This document shows positions 27,584 through 39,069 of a stretch of 64,000 bases of DNA, piece after piece. Origin of the DNA: Amphiscolops sp. MND2022 (lineage: Eukaryota). Position numbers and translations under genes: made by a program. The notes below the pieces were generated by a model that worked only from the letters and a program-made list of their open reading frames with translations, was not told the DNA's origin and made no database searches. Each line of letters begins with the position of its first letter. The first letter of the stretch is position 1. The stretch lies in contig OZ076409.1 of assembly GCA_964187785.1 (NCBI GenBank), positions 82,834,001 to 82,898,000 on the forward strand. Reading direction: 5' to 3'.

Positions 27584-27719
27584 TTATTTATTAAAAAATC
27601 ACTAAATCACTAAGCAAACTCATTAGGAGCATATCTTCTTAAGTGTAATATATTTGCTTAGTGACAAAAAAATGCTTTTAGTGAATGCGAAAATCACTAA
27701 GAAATCAAACCCATTGTTT

Positions 27720-28760
27720 TTATTTTAAACTATTTGCAATGCTAGATTTACCGTAACTAATTGCATGTTCCATTATTATATTCTTAAAATCTTCTCTAAG
27801 TTTGTCTCAAATTAGTGGTTGTTGCATTCTATCGATGTAATTGTCTATTTCAGATTCATTTACTTTAATTTTATTTTGTTTACAATAATATACATAATAA
27901 TAAGCTACATTAAAAGGTGATATTTCAATTGTTTGATCTGACATCTCTTCTAAAAACACCTTGAGTTTGTTGTATTCTTCACCTGTAAAGAAATAACTTT
28001 CATATTTTACATAATCTTCAGGACTCCATTTATGTTTAGTTGTATCATATACTACTTGGTAGTTGTGGTTGAGTATTTTATACCTTTTTTAATCTAGTAT
28101 CAAATTGAATTACACCAAATTCTAACTGACTACGATATTGTTTCCAATGTTCTTTTAAACAAAGCTCCTTCAGTATACTATAAATGCTTACTATTGTTTC
28201 AAAGAAACTATCTGGATTGTTAATTGTTATAAAGATCTTAAAACAATTTTCTCTTACAACTGGGAGAACATCCTTTGCATAGTGTGCAAGATGAATAACT
28301 TGTTTATTATGATGCCTTCCAAATCTAAACAAATCTTCTACTTTTGTTCTAAGGTTTTTAAAAGCACCTGCATCGTCTAAAATTATCGTTCTACTTGCGA
28401 GGGATTCAATTGCAATTTTTTCTAACTGTAACAAAGGTATATAATTATCTTTAAACTCCTTTTCATTTCTACCAAATACTAAAAAAGTTGTTTTAGTTTG
28501 ATCTAAATAATATTTCAAGAAACTAGTCTTACCTGATCCACTAGTACCATAAATTAACATATGACTATTTTTATTTGTAATTGGTTTAGATGGAGATATT
28601 TCTTCAGGTTGATTACTTAAATGAGATTTTTTAAATCCTTGAAATGTTTTAGTTTTTGGTATAATTTTTCGTAATGTCTAGGTCTAATATAACACCAATA
28701 AATATATAAAACTATAACAAAAATTACACATAATAAACCGATATAAACTTTTTTATTCAT
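27720..28760 (-). pseudogene. Polinton ATPase 2 (A32/FtsK-HerA-like) with predicted N-terminal transmembrane helix; frameshifted
   Basis: Walker A GTSGSGKT, Walker B IILDD, and LFRFGRHHNKQVIHLAH. ATG 28760 gives MNKKVYIGLLCVIFVIVLYIYW; a C-terminal extension continues after a frameshift near 28080. Confidence 0.8.
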
Positions 28761-28774
28761 TTATTAGGAAATAA

Positions 28775-29646
28775 ATGAATGAAAAGAAGAAAGAAATTGC
28801 TAAAGAAATTTTCTCCCCTGTAATCAAGAAGTTTCAAAGAATTCAAATACAAACTCACTATAAAGATGAGTGTTGGAGTATCGATCTGATAGACAGGTCT
28901 AGCTTCTGAAAATATAATGAAAACTACAGGTTTATTTTTACAATAATTGACAATCATACCAAATATGCATGGGCGATTCCTCTCAAAGATAAATCAGGAA
29001 AAAGTACAACAACTGCATTAAAAAGTCTCATCGAAAAAACAAAAACAAAACCGGATAAAATATGGAGTGATAGAGGTAATGAGTTTTATAAGAAAACATT
29101 TTTGGATTTCCTAAAAGAACAAAACATTCGTATTTATTCATCTAATTCAGATTTAAAAGCTGTTTTTGTTGAACGCTTCAATAGAACACTTTTGGACTTA
29201 ATCAAAGAACCAATGTACATTGAAGGTAAAGGAAACTGGTTGAATCACCTTAGTAAAGCTTTGGATAAGTATAATAATAGGGTGCAACCACACCTTTTGA
29301 AGCTAGTAATACAGCTTCGCTGGCTTTGCATAAACCAATAGATCCACCTACTTTTAATAATAAACCGAAACAACCCAAATTCCAAGTGTTCCAAGTGGGA
29401 GACTATGTAAGAAATCCTGATAAACGTAATTTATATAGTAAAGGTTATGCAACAAATTGGAATGGAGAACTTTTTGAAATACATAAAATTAATCCAACTA
29501 ACCCAGGTACGTATAGTTTAGTAGATGAAAACAACGAACAAATAGAAGGAAAATATTATAAACAAGAACTTTTAAGAAGTGTATTCAATTTTAAATCTAA
29601 CAACAAAACGTTAGAAAGTATGAATATCTTCCACAATTTTGAATAA
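28775..29646 (+). pseudogene. Polinton retroviral-like (rve) integrase
   Basis: WSIDL..IDNHTKYAWAIPLKDK..IWSDRGNEF..VERFNRTL gives the DDE triad; C-terminal VGDYVR..KGYATNW. In-frame TGA near 28907 and a frameshift near 29285. Confidence 0.92.
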
Positions 29647-29663
29647 CTATATTTAAATAAATA

Positions 29664-30430
29664 ATGTCAGATCATAAATTTGGTTATAGTGCCGAAAGCT
29701 TACAAAAAAATAAGATTGAGAATCTTGAAAAAGAATTTGAATCACAAACCAAATTATTTAATATAAAGCTTAACGATGTGCAAAACACCATTGATGATGT
29801 ATCTGATAAAGTAGAAAAGTTTAATACGCAAAGCGCCTTCGGTAACCGACAAAAAACCGAAGGCGCTTCGACTGCTTGGCGTATAGAAGAAATTCAAATT
29901 ATCAACGATGAAACACAAATCGTAGTCAATGCAAAGTTATTCTTAGATATAAATAAAAGTATAGAAGATATAAAAATAAATATAAACTATTTAGAACAAG
30001 ATATTAAAAATAAATTATTAGAAAAGAAGAAAGAAATTATGCGGAAGCAGTCAAACAAGCCAATGAACAACAAGTCATTTTACGTAATCACTTCGAACGA
30101 AACATTTTTGTAGATCTGGAAAAATGTAGAAATCAAGCAGTCAAAGATACTATTCAATTACTATGTGATACAGGATTGTTTGACTCATATGAAAATAAAG
30201 ACAAAATCTTCAATGAGTACTTATATTTTAGTGATGAATACTTGTTGGAAAAATACGGAAAAGAAATAAAGACATCAGATGATTTGTATTATTTATCAGA
30301 CTTAGACTATTCAACGCGAGAAGATATCGTGAAGTGCTTGAAAAAAGATGAATACAAAGATATTGTTGATCTTAAATATAGAATGAAACTAACCGATACT
30401 GAGATTAGTTTTAAACTTTTTGAAAACTAA
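29664..30430 (+). pseudogene. Polinton coiled-coil hypothetical protein (split ORF)
   Basis: Two consecutive K/E/N-rich ORFs inside the element; no recognised motif. Confidence 0.45.
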
Positions 30431-30484
30431 ATTGTAAAATTTAAACTAAATACTTTATAAAATTAGGTTTTTATTTAAAATTAA

Positions 30485-31024
30485 ATGAGTAAAAAATTGT
30501 ACCCATGTTTACAACAAAATCAGAATCCTGATAGTCTTGATTTGCGATTGAAAGAAATAAATAGTTTTATTAATTCAATTCAAAATATAAAAGATATTCA
30601 AAATTTTTGTAATCATGAAGCTAAAAAGTATAAAAAGAAATCTAAAATATACAAGCTTATAAATTGTTTAATTCAATCAATTGATGGAGTTTTATTATTG
30701 GGTGTTTCTTCAACTGCTATCACATTAAGTGTTACCGGAGTTGGACTTATTGTGATACCCATCGCGAGTGGTATAGGTGCAGGAGTATCCATAATCAGTA
30801 AAATTCTTAACGAATACCTGAAAAGAAAAGAACAACACAATAATAAAAAATATACTCTTGCTGGTAGAACACTACATGATTTCTGTAAGCTACATTCAAA
30901 ATGTTTAGAAGATAATAAAATTGATCTGAATGAATACAACAAATTAAAACAAACTTATGATGTGTACATAAACAATAAAACTAAACTAAATTCTGAGTTT
31001 ACTTTTTTAGGATACATTTTTTAG
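30485..31024 (+). CDS. Polinton membrane protein: coiled coil plus hydrophobic Gly-rich hairpin (adintovirus accessory type)
   Basis: LYP..LRLKEI N-terminus, then VLLLGVSSTAITLSVTGVGLIVIPIASGIGAGVSII; lies just upstream of the major capsid gene. Confidence 0.65.
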   Translation: MSKKLYPCLQQNQNPDSLDLRLKEINSFINSIQNIKDIQNFCNHEAKKYKKKSKIYKLINCLIQSIDGVLLLGVSSTAITLSVTGVGLIVIPIASGIGAGVSIISKILNEYLKRKEQHNNKKYTLAGRTLHDFCKLHSKCLEDNKIDLNEYNKLKQTYDVYINNKTKLNSEFTFLGYIF

Positions 31025-31081
31025 GTAAAAATGAAATCAGTATAAAATTTAAATCCTAATTTTTGTTCTAATTCAAATGGA

Positions 31082-32315
31082 ATGATTTTCTTTGAAAAAT
31101 AAATATGCTATGGATAAACCTATTCATAAAATTGATTTTATTAAATACTAACCCAGTAGTTTAGCTACAATTAGTATTAGTAATTCAAATATTTCCATCA
31201 TCTTCCCAAGAGAAAATGCATATATTTGTTTACAAAACTCATACATATCATTAGAATTTAAAGTTCTTAAAAATGATGATACAAGATATGCAGATGGTGA
31301 TAAAATGACTTGGTCAACTTTGGACCCGTTGCTTTATTTAGTGAAGCTAAACTTGTGACATCATCCGGCAAACATCTAGAGAGAGTTGATAACCTACACC
31401 CGGTATGTTTAATGTATAAACTTTTAACAAGTACCCAACAAACAAGTCAATTGATGTACGGATTTAAAGAATCACAAGCAACTAGAAGACAAGAACTAAC
31501 AAACAATAAAACAGAAAAAGGAACCTTTTTTGTTAGAATAAAACTAAAAGATTGTTTGGACTTGTTTGGATTCGCTGATCAAGAAAAAATAACCTATGGA
31601 TTGGGTTACAGTCTCACGTTGAAACATAATAATAATAACGACCCTATCATCAGGGACAACGGTGTGGATGCTGCAAAAATAAATATAAAAGACATTTCCT
31701 GGTATATTCCACACTACACACCATCAATGGAAAACCAACAACTCGTGATGGATCAAATATTAGACAAAGACCCAACTGAAACATTTTATACCGAAAGAAC
31801 TGTTTTTAGAAAAGATGTTAACACGAATAATTCGTAGACATTTGAATTAGGTAACAGTGGCGAATCCACACCAACATACGTTGTTGTTGGCTTTCAAGCT
31901 AGAAATATATTTGATTCACAAACACATGATAATGCAAAATTTGATCGTTTTCCTGTTTCAAATGCAGTTTGTAAAAGAGGATCAGAAAAATATTCCGATG
32001 ATGGAATAGAATGTGACTACAACCGGGATAAGTATGACCAAGCATACAGTGAAATTGAAAACTTCTATTTGTTAAAAAGTGATACTAACTTACTCAATCC
32101 GTTTATTGATTTACATAAATTCAGGACAAATTTTAATTTTTATGTCTTTGACCTAAGCAAACAAAAAAAATCAATTAGCGAGTCAACCAATCCGTTTAGA
32201 ATTTAAATTTAGTGCTGCCATTGATGTAGCAGACTATATAGCTTATGCCCGAGTCCTAACACCTAAGCTGATAAGTATCAGCAGTGATGGACAAAGACAT
32301 TTCGATTTAATTTGA
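31082..32315 (+). pseudogene. Polinton double jelly-roll major capsid protein
   Basis: NFGPVALFSEAKL..GKHLE..IKDISWYIPH..PTYVVVGFQ..FYVFDLSKQ..IRLEFKF. Several stops and frameshifts; stop at 32313-32315. Confidence 0.85.
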
Positions 32316-32613
32316 TACATAAAATTTTAATAATAAATAAATAAATTTATAATAATAAATTTATAATTATAAATTTATGATAATAAATAATAAAATTCAT
32401 AATTTATGATAATNNNNNNNNNNNNNNNNNNNNNNNNNNNNNNNNNNNNNNNNNNNNNNNNNNNNNNNNNNNNNNNNNNNNNNNNNNNNNNNNNNNNNNN
32501 NNNNNNNNNNNNNNNNNNNNNNNNNNNNNNNNNNNNNNNNNNNNNNNNNNNNNNNNNNNNNNNNNNNNNNNNNNNNNNNNNNNNNNNNNNNNNNNNNNNN
32601 NNNNNNNNNNNNN

Positions 32614-33430
32614 ATACTGGCTAAATCGTGGGGAATTAGTCTCTGATTGCGCCAAAAGTGACCCAATGGGTGTTACGGCCACTTAACAATGTTTATTAAA
32701 AAATTGACTATGTCGTGAAATTCGCAAAAAGTGGTGTAACTCGCGTCCTAGGCGTCCCAGCTACCTGAAATTTCGCATGCGAGCGTAACTTATGCTTACG
32801 CAACAGAAAAATCCAGCGGCGAGGTGCCTGGATCAATATCGGGCGATCCGAAGTGACAAAACCTTGATATACCGGAGGTACCACTTCTTTGGGTCAAAAT
32901 TCACAAAAATGTCAATTTCTCAGCTTCGGCCGGGAGTTGGCTGCTCAAATTGCACAAATCGTCGGGATTTGGTACCCCGAGGACGAAAATAGGAAAATTA
33001 GGGTGCCGGGATATCCCGGAGATATCACACCAGGCTCAATTAAATTTTCGATTTTTCGGCAATTTGGTACACTTTCTGAACAAAACTGCGGCTAAGTTAT
33101 CTCTGCGGGTATTCACAGTAGGGCTTTCAAAATCACGCTACTAGCGTAACTTTTTGCGCTCTACACAATAGTGCAATCCGTTTTAGCTCTTCTTGTTAGG
33201 AGAGATTTCGACTTGTTGAAAATACGAGGTTGCCGAATTCCGAAATTGGCGCAAAAATAGTGCGTTTTCGACTATTTCTCAACAACCACTGTTCAGAATT
33301 GCTTGCGGTTTTCGGCGTTTGCAACGTTACGCTCTCTATTAACTGGAAATAGGCGAGCAAAACCTGGTAGGTTTCATACAAGGTCTCTCACAAAATTTCT
33401 CGATTGCACTTTTTACACCCTCGGAACAGT
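32614..33430. mobile_element. Unclassified, higher-GC sequence nested in the Polinton next to the assembly gap
   Basis: Composition shifts relative to the very AT-rich Polinton ORFs; no Polinton coding signal; left boundary hidden by the gap. Confidence 0.4.
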
Positions 33431-33609
33431 ACTGAAAATACGTGTTTTCGTCAATAATCCGATGTTTTTTTGGTTCTCTGGTGTTCTGTTTGGTTTTATT
33501 AGTAGAGTTAGGATACGTAATAACTTTATTCAGGGGGCTGGGGTAGTTGCAATAATTATTTTGATTTCAATTACACTCAGGTCTATGGGGTCCTTCACTC
33601 AGGTCTATT

Positions 33610-36600
33610 TTAATGAAAGAAAAGTGATGTTAAAACTTCAATTTATATTAGATCTAATTGAATAATTTGTTGCATTTGTTGTTTCGGACAGACATAAACA
33701 ATGAAATCATGTAATCTTCACTATTGCGTGCTTTTTGTATTCCTTTTTGTTTTGACTTCCGTATTCCACTATATGAAAAAAAATATGATTTTAATCGTAA
33801 AGCAAAAGAATTGTTTATTACTAATACTGGACTTGTTTCAATTTTCATTTTTCCTATTACTTTCTTGTTAATAGGATTATATATTTCATGAGATTTGTCT
33901 AATTCACTGAAATCAAATTCATTTTTAATTTATTTTAAAAACTCGATTAAATTTTCCTGGTTTGCTTCAAAACTAAGAACAAAACTGTCAGTATCCATTT
34001 AATGTGAATGCACATTATTGTGCCAATATGGTTCTAAACTCTTATAATAATATTCATACATTAATAGTTTACTTACTTCTAACACAGAGAAACCCAAATT
34101 AAATGGTTTATCAAAGACTGTTTTTTCCTAGTCGTATTTATAAACGCTGACTTCGGAGTAATGATTTATAATACCTTTAAAGCTTAACTTCGATTGTCTT
34201 TTCATTATTTGATCAATTTCAGAATGATTAATGAATTCTAGATTGTTTCTATCTCTTACATTTTCCATAGTTTTCCCAAAGAATGCATTGTTCATAAGTT
34301 TGTACAGGTCTTTTTCAAAGTTTGTTTTTGCTTGGGTTCGTTTTGGGTGTTATGATCAAGGTATTTTGCTAACCATGCACTTTGCTTGAACCGGTAGATT
34401 GTATGTATCTTTGTTACTTTCATACCCATGTTGATGTAAAATTTGAATGCCCTATAATGTGTCATATATTTCGTTTTATTGGTTACATCACACATAAGTT
34501 TTGAGGTTAGTTTGTAATTAGGTTGATTTACACTATTCATATAAAGTGTGAATAAATGTGGATCTGCTTTTGTTTGATAAGGACACAATAGAAAGTTTTT
34601 TGTTTTTTCTTTAATGTCAACAGGATATTCTAAATCACATTCTATAAAGAATCCATATTCATTATCATCAGGTATTTCTAATAAATCTTCTACTATTTGA
34701 TCTAGCGGGTAATTACATTCAGTATTCGGAAAATGTAATTTTTCGAATTCGCCAGTAGGAAGATATTGACTCATAGCCCATCCATATAGATTATTTGCAT
34801 CGATATATAAGATTTGTTTATTTTCATCAGATTGCACGTGACGATCACCCATAACACTTGAAATTCCTCCACGGATATTTTTTTCAAGTAGTAGTAATAA
34901 CTCTTTGGAGTGTATAATATCTAACTTTATATTAGTCAACTTTAAACCAGCTTTCCATGTATAACCTGGTGCTGAGTAACTATAGAAAGGATTAATACCA
35001 TACATAAGAGTGGACTTTTCAACGAAATTTTCGAATACATCCGCTAATTGAAGAACATCCATTTTTAAGTATAACATAGTAAGTTGTTGGGGTGTTGTAA
35101 TGTTGCATTTGTCAATTAATTGTTGAGTTCTTTTTATATCATCATCACACGGGTAAGATTGTGTTAATGTTGACCAATAATCTTCTTTAGTTAAATTTAA
35201 AGGTTGAGACAAGGAATCTATCGATATATTTTCAGGATTGAATTTTTCATATGGATAAGCTAATTTCTTCTTGAATAGAGAATCAGTTAAACCGTTTGAG
35301 TCCATATACTTAAAAGTATCCAGAGATGCTATTAATTTTTGTAGACTAGAAGAAAGAAATCGGTTTGAATCTAAAAATTTCAAGCAACCTACTTGAACTG
35401 ATACATAGTTTTCAAGACTCTTAGGTATAATAATTACTGGTAACTTTAGATTATAAGCTGATGTTATTAATTGTTCAAATATAAGATGACAATCATACCC
35501 AGAAAAGTTATGGAAAAATCTAGGAGCAAAACTTGATGACTTTTGTTTTACATTTATGTTACATATATTATGAGCTGCTCCTCTGTATTTTCCTGTTAGA
35601 TGATCATGATCTCTAACCTTAGTATCATCGAGTGGATTTTCACAAAACCAACACTCCTCTGCAAGTTGAAATGATTCTTCTTCTTGAGGAGTTATTTGTA
35701 ATTCTAAGTTTGTTTTAAAATATTTATTTGCTTCTTGTTCTAATATTAACATTTCCTTCACAAAATATTCGTTACAATCTGTTCCAAAGTATGAATTGGA
35801 CTTGTTTCCAAATGGTTAAATTACATAAAAGCCTACTGCAATTGGAATTTGTTTAAATAATACTTTGGGGTCATCTGTTAGTTGATTAATACATTCAAAA
35901 TCTGCATATACTGTTATTGGTAAAGGAACTTTCATATGATAATCTTCGAACTTTAACTGATCCTTGTAACTGAATGTAATATTAGTTAATTTTTGTTTTT
36001 GACAACGATCTATATGATCAATTACAACTGGTTCTGAACTAAATGCAGTTAAACATCTTCTACATACATGTTTCATATGTGAACTTTTATTTATTAGACA
36101 ATGCAACTTTGTTATTAGGCAATAATGATTTTCAAATAGCAGCAAGTCTATTTGTGGTTGTAAGTAATTTTTGTTAATGAGGATTGGTGTTAACTTACCA
36201 TTTATGCGTTCAAAAACGTTTACATTTAAGTTACCGAAGGCACCGGAGGCGCTTTGCGTGCTTTGTGTATTAGGTTTTTCGAACTTGGGAATGTCTTTGA
36301 CTTTCATTGGGAATTCTAAACCTTGTATGTTTAGCTCATTAATAGACATTTCATAATTTGATGCTCTATTTTTATTAACCTCAACTGGATATAAATGGGC
36401 TAAAATGCACCATAAAAAAAAAATTGATCTTCATTTTTAATATTTACAATAGATTTATTCTTTTTATATTTTTCCGGTAACTCAACCCACGAAGATGCTT
36501 GAATATCATTAACTTTATATATTTCTATTATAACTTCTTCTATTTCTTGAAATTGAAAACCTGATCCTTCTAATTGTTCATCATCTAATTTCTGCATTAA

Positions 36601-37153
36601 TGTATTATGAGTATCTTGTTGTGTACCGGACTGCAAGTGATTATATATTAGATCTGATTTTATCCATCTTTTAAATACTTCTTCTTTTCCATTAACAATT
36701 TTTGAAAATTTAGCTAGATAACTCAATTGATCTTTATATCGGGGAAAATAATTTTTACTAAGTAATTCATTTATGTTATGTTCAAGATTTTCAGTTGGAT
36801 TTACTTTCAGTTTATTGTATGTATTTTTACTCATAGATATATTTACTCCATTACCGGAGGGCAGTAAAGCTGTACTGGAAGGCAGCAAAGCTGCACCGTT
36901 TTGTTGACGGTTTTGTAAATGAATTTCACTTTGGAAATGTCTTGTTTTATCAGATATATTTTTACCACAACCTTCACACCAAACATGTTCTTTAATGCGT
37001 TGTTTGTGATTATCTGAATTTAGACGAGATTTTTTATCTGATAAGGGCATATATAAATTACATATATTACAATAATATTGACTTAATTTTTCTTGATGTT
37101 TTACTGATTTATAATGAGAGGATTTGAAATGAGAGGATATTACAATATTCCAT
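33610..37153 (-). pseudogene. Polinton protein-primed family B DNA polymerase with Zn fingers and an endonuclease VII-like motif
   Basis: VYADFEC (ExoI), CWFC..VRDHDHLTGKYRGAAHNICN, FHNFSGYDCHL (ExoII), YIDANNLYGWAMSQYLP (motif A), KLMNNAFFGKT (motif B), MDTDS (motif C). Split by frameshifts and stops. Confidence 0.95.
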
Positions 37154-38024
37154 TTCTATTTATTAAAGAAAAAATAGTTTAAATAAAATTTTTTCAATAA
37201 TAATTTTTCAAAAAAAGTGGTAAAAAATATTTTTTTCTCACCTGTGGGTTCAAGGTGTGAAAATTTGTCAGAGCGAAAGTTGTTCATGGTTCTGGATGTC
37301 TCCAATGTTGTCTTTTGACTTTTCACGGTAGGACCAACCAGTCTCGAGAAAAATGAAAAAACCCAATTTTTACACCTGTTTTCTCACCTGCTAATCAGTG
37401 GGTCCAAGATACAGAGAGTTTTTCTTTTGAAAAAAGTGTATCTGGTTTTTGTCAACAATTTTGATCTCCTATGTCATTTCACTGGGATGAGTCAGGCTCG
37501 AGAAATTGGGGAAAAACCCTATTTTCACACCTTTTATAGCACCTGGTAGTCAGTTGGTTAATTTTAGAGAAAACCCTCAGTTACAAATTTTGTGTATTTT
37601 TTGATTTTCTACAACTTTCATGACTGATATTTTTCTCAAAAGTCATTTCCCGTTAAGATATTGAGCAATTTAACTTTTCCCATGTATTAAAATTAGTAAT
37701 AAAACATTTCTATATTTAGATTTAAAAAGTTTTTCGAGATATTTGTATCGGTTTTTTCAAGTTTTAGTTTTTTGCATCGGTTTTTCATTTGTCTCGGAAA
37801 ATTCATATGTCTCGAAAAATTCAACAAGTGACGTTCCACTTGATGTTATTTCAAAACCATATGTTTCCACTTGAATGCTACTTTCATTCCAAAAATTTTT
37901 GTTACACAATTTTTTTCCATTACCATCCACAGCAATACAGCAACATGCAGGTTAGTGATTTTTTCCTTTTGACAAAAAATTTTGACAAAATTGTTCATCG
38001 AATTTTTACTTTCATGCATATGTC

Positions 38025-38187
38025 TGTTAATTTTTAGTTTTGAAAAATGACTAATTTTTGATGATTTGCCTTGAAATAATAGGTAAAAAATACCGATATT
38101 GGCTAGTAAAACCATTAAAATTATGCATTTTCAAGGTAAAAAATTTTGATGATTTCACTGTTCTATATCGGTATTTTCCCTACTACT
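38025..38187 (-). repeat. Polinton right terminal inverted repeat
   Basis: Reverse complement of 22876-23039, followed by TSD CTTGTC. Confidence 0.95.
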
Positions 38188-39069
38188 CTTGTCAAACATT
38201 TGAGGAAAATTGTTTTTTTCATGCGGGCATTCCGCTCAAGTAAAAACAATCTTCCATTAAAAAAACTAATTCAATAACTTAAAAAACATTGTTTTGGTAA
38301 TTATATTTCAGTTTGTCCAAAAATAGTCCAAGATGGTCCAAAAATAGGCAGTTTGGATAAGTATATAAAATCTAAAACGTGAGAAAAATACCCAAATAAA
38401 AAAAACTAGCGTTTTGGGTGTATCTTAAAATAAAAAACTGCCGGTACATCTTTAATGTGGTTTTTCGGCGCGATTGAATGATAATTGTCACAAAAATGTT
38501 TTTCCAAGTTTTTTTGATGTTTTAGCCCAAGAATGTTGGTTTTGCAGTTTGACTCTCTTGGTTAAATTTTTTTGTCAATCCTTCTGAGTAGAACGGATAT
38601 ATTTTGCTTCAATGATCTTCATTTTTTCTTCACAGTTTATTGATTCTTGTTTTCTTGGATTTTCAAGCCGTATTTTGATTTTCATGAATCTGAGATTTAC
38701 GAAATCTACTGTCCACAATTCGATCAATTCTTATAAAATGAGTTCTTTTCAAAAGTACTCATTGTCGTTTTTCGAGTTTAGGTGTTCGTTAATGTTTTTG
38801 GGATGCAAACTCATCAATATTCTAAACTCAGTTCCATTGAGCCTATTGAGTGGAAAAGCTGGCAAAAATACTTCAAAAATATTTTTTAAATATCAAAATA
38901 ATTTTAAACCTGGAAATAATTTAACAAAAACTAGCTTCAGATTTTGCCACCAGAGATTCAGAGAAACCTTTGTAAGACAGCTAAAAATCGAATTTTTACT
39001 TTATTAATGCAAATATTTCACGTTAACATTTACTTGACAAAACTGAAATTCTTGACAGATGGTACTAAC

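Larger units (their letters stand above)
22876..38187. mobile_element. Polinton/Maverick (adintovirus-like endogenous virus), ~15.3 kb, both ends present, genes decayed
   Basis: AGTAGTAGGG...CCCTACTACT termini; ~163-bp TIRs; 6-bp TSD CTTGTC at 22870-22875 and 38188-38193; genes for protease, minor and major capsid, ATPases, rve integrase and pPolB. Confidence 0.97.

Noticed and set aside
32397..32682. ORFs spanning the N gap (also 56118-56552)
   Set aside because: Artefacts of translating Ns.
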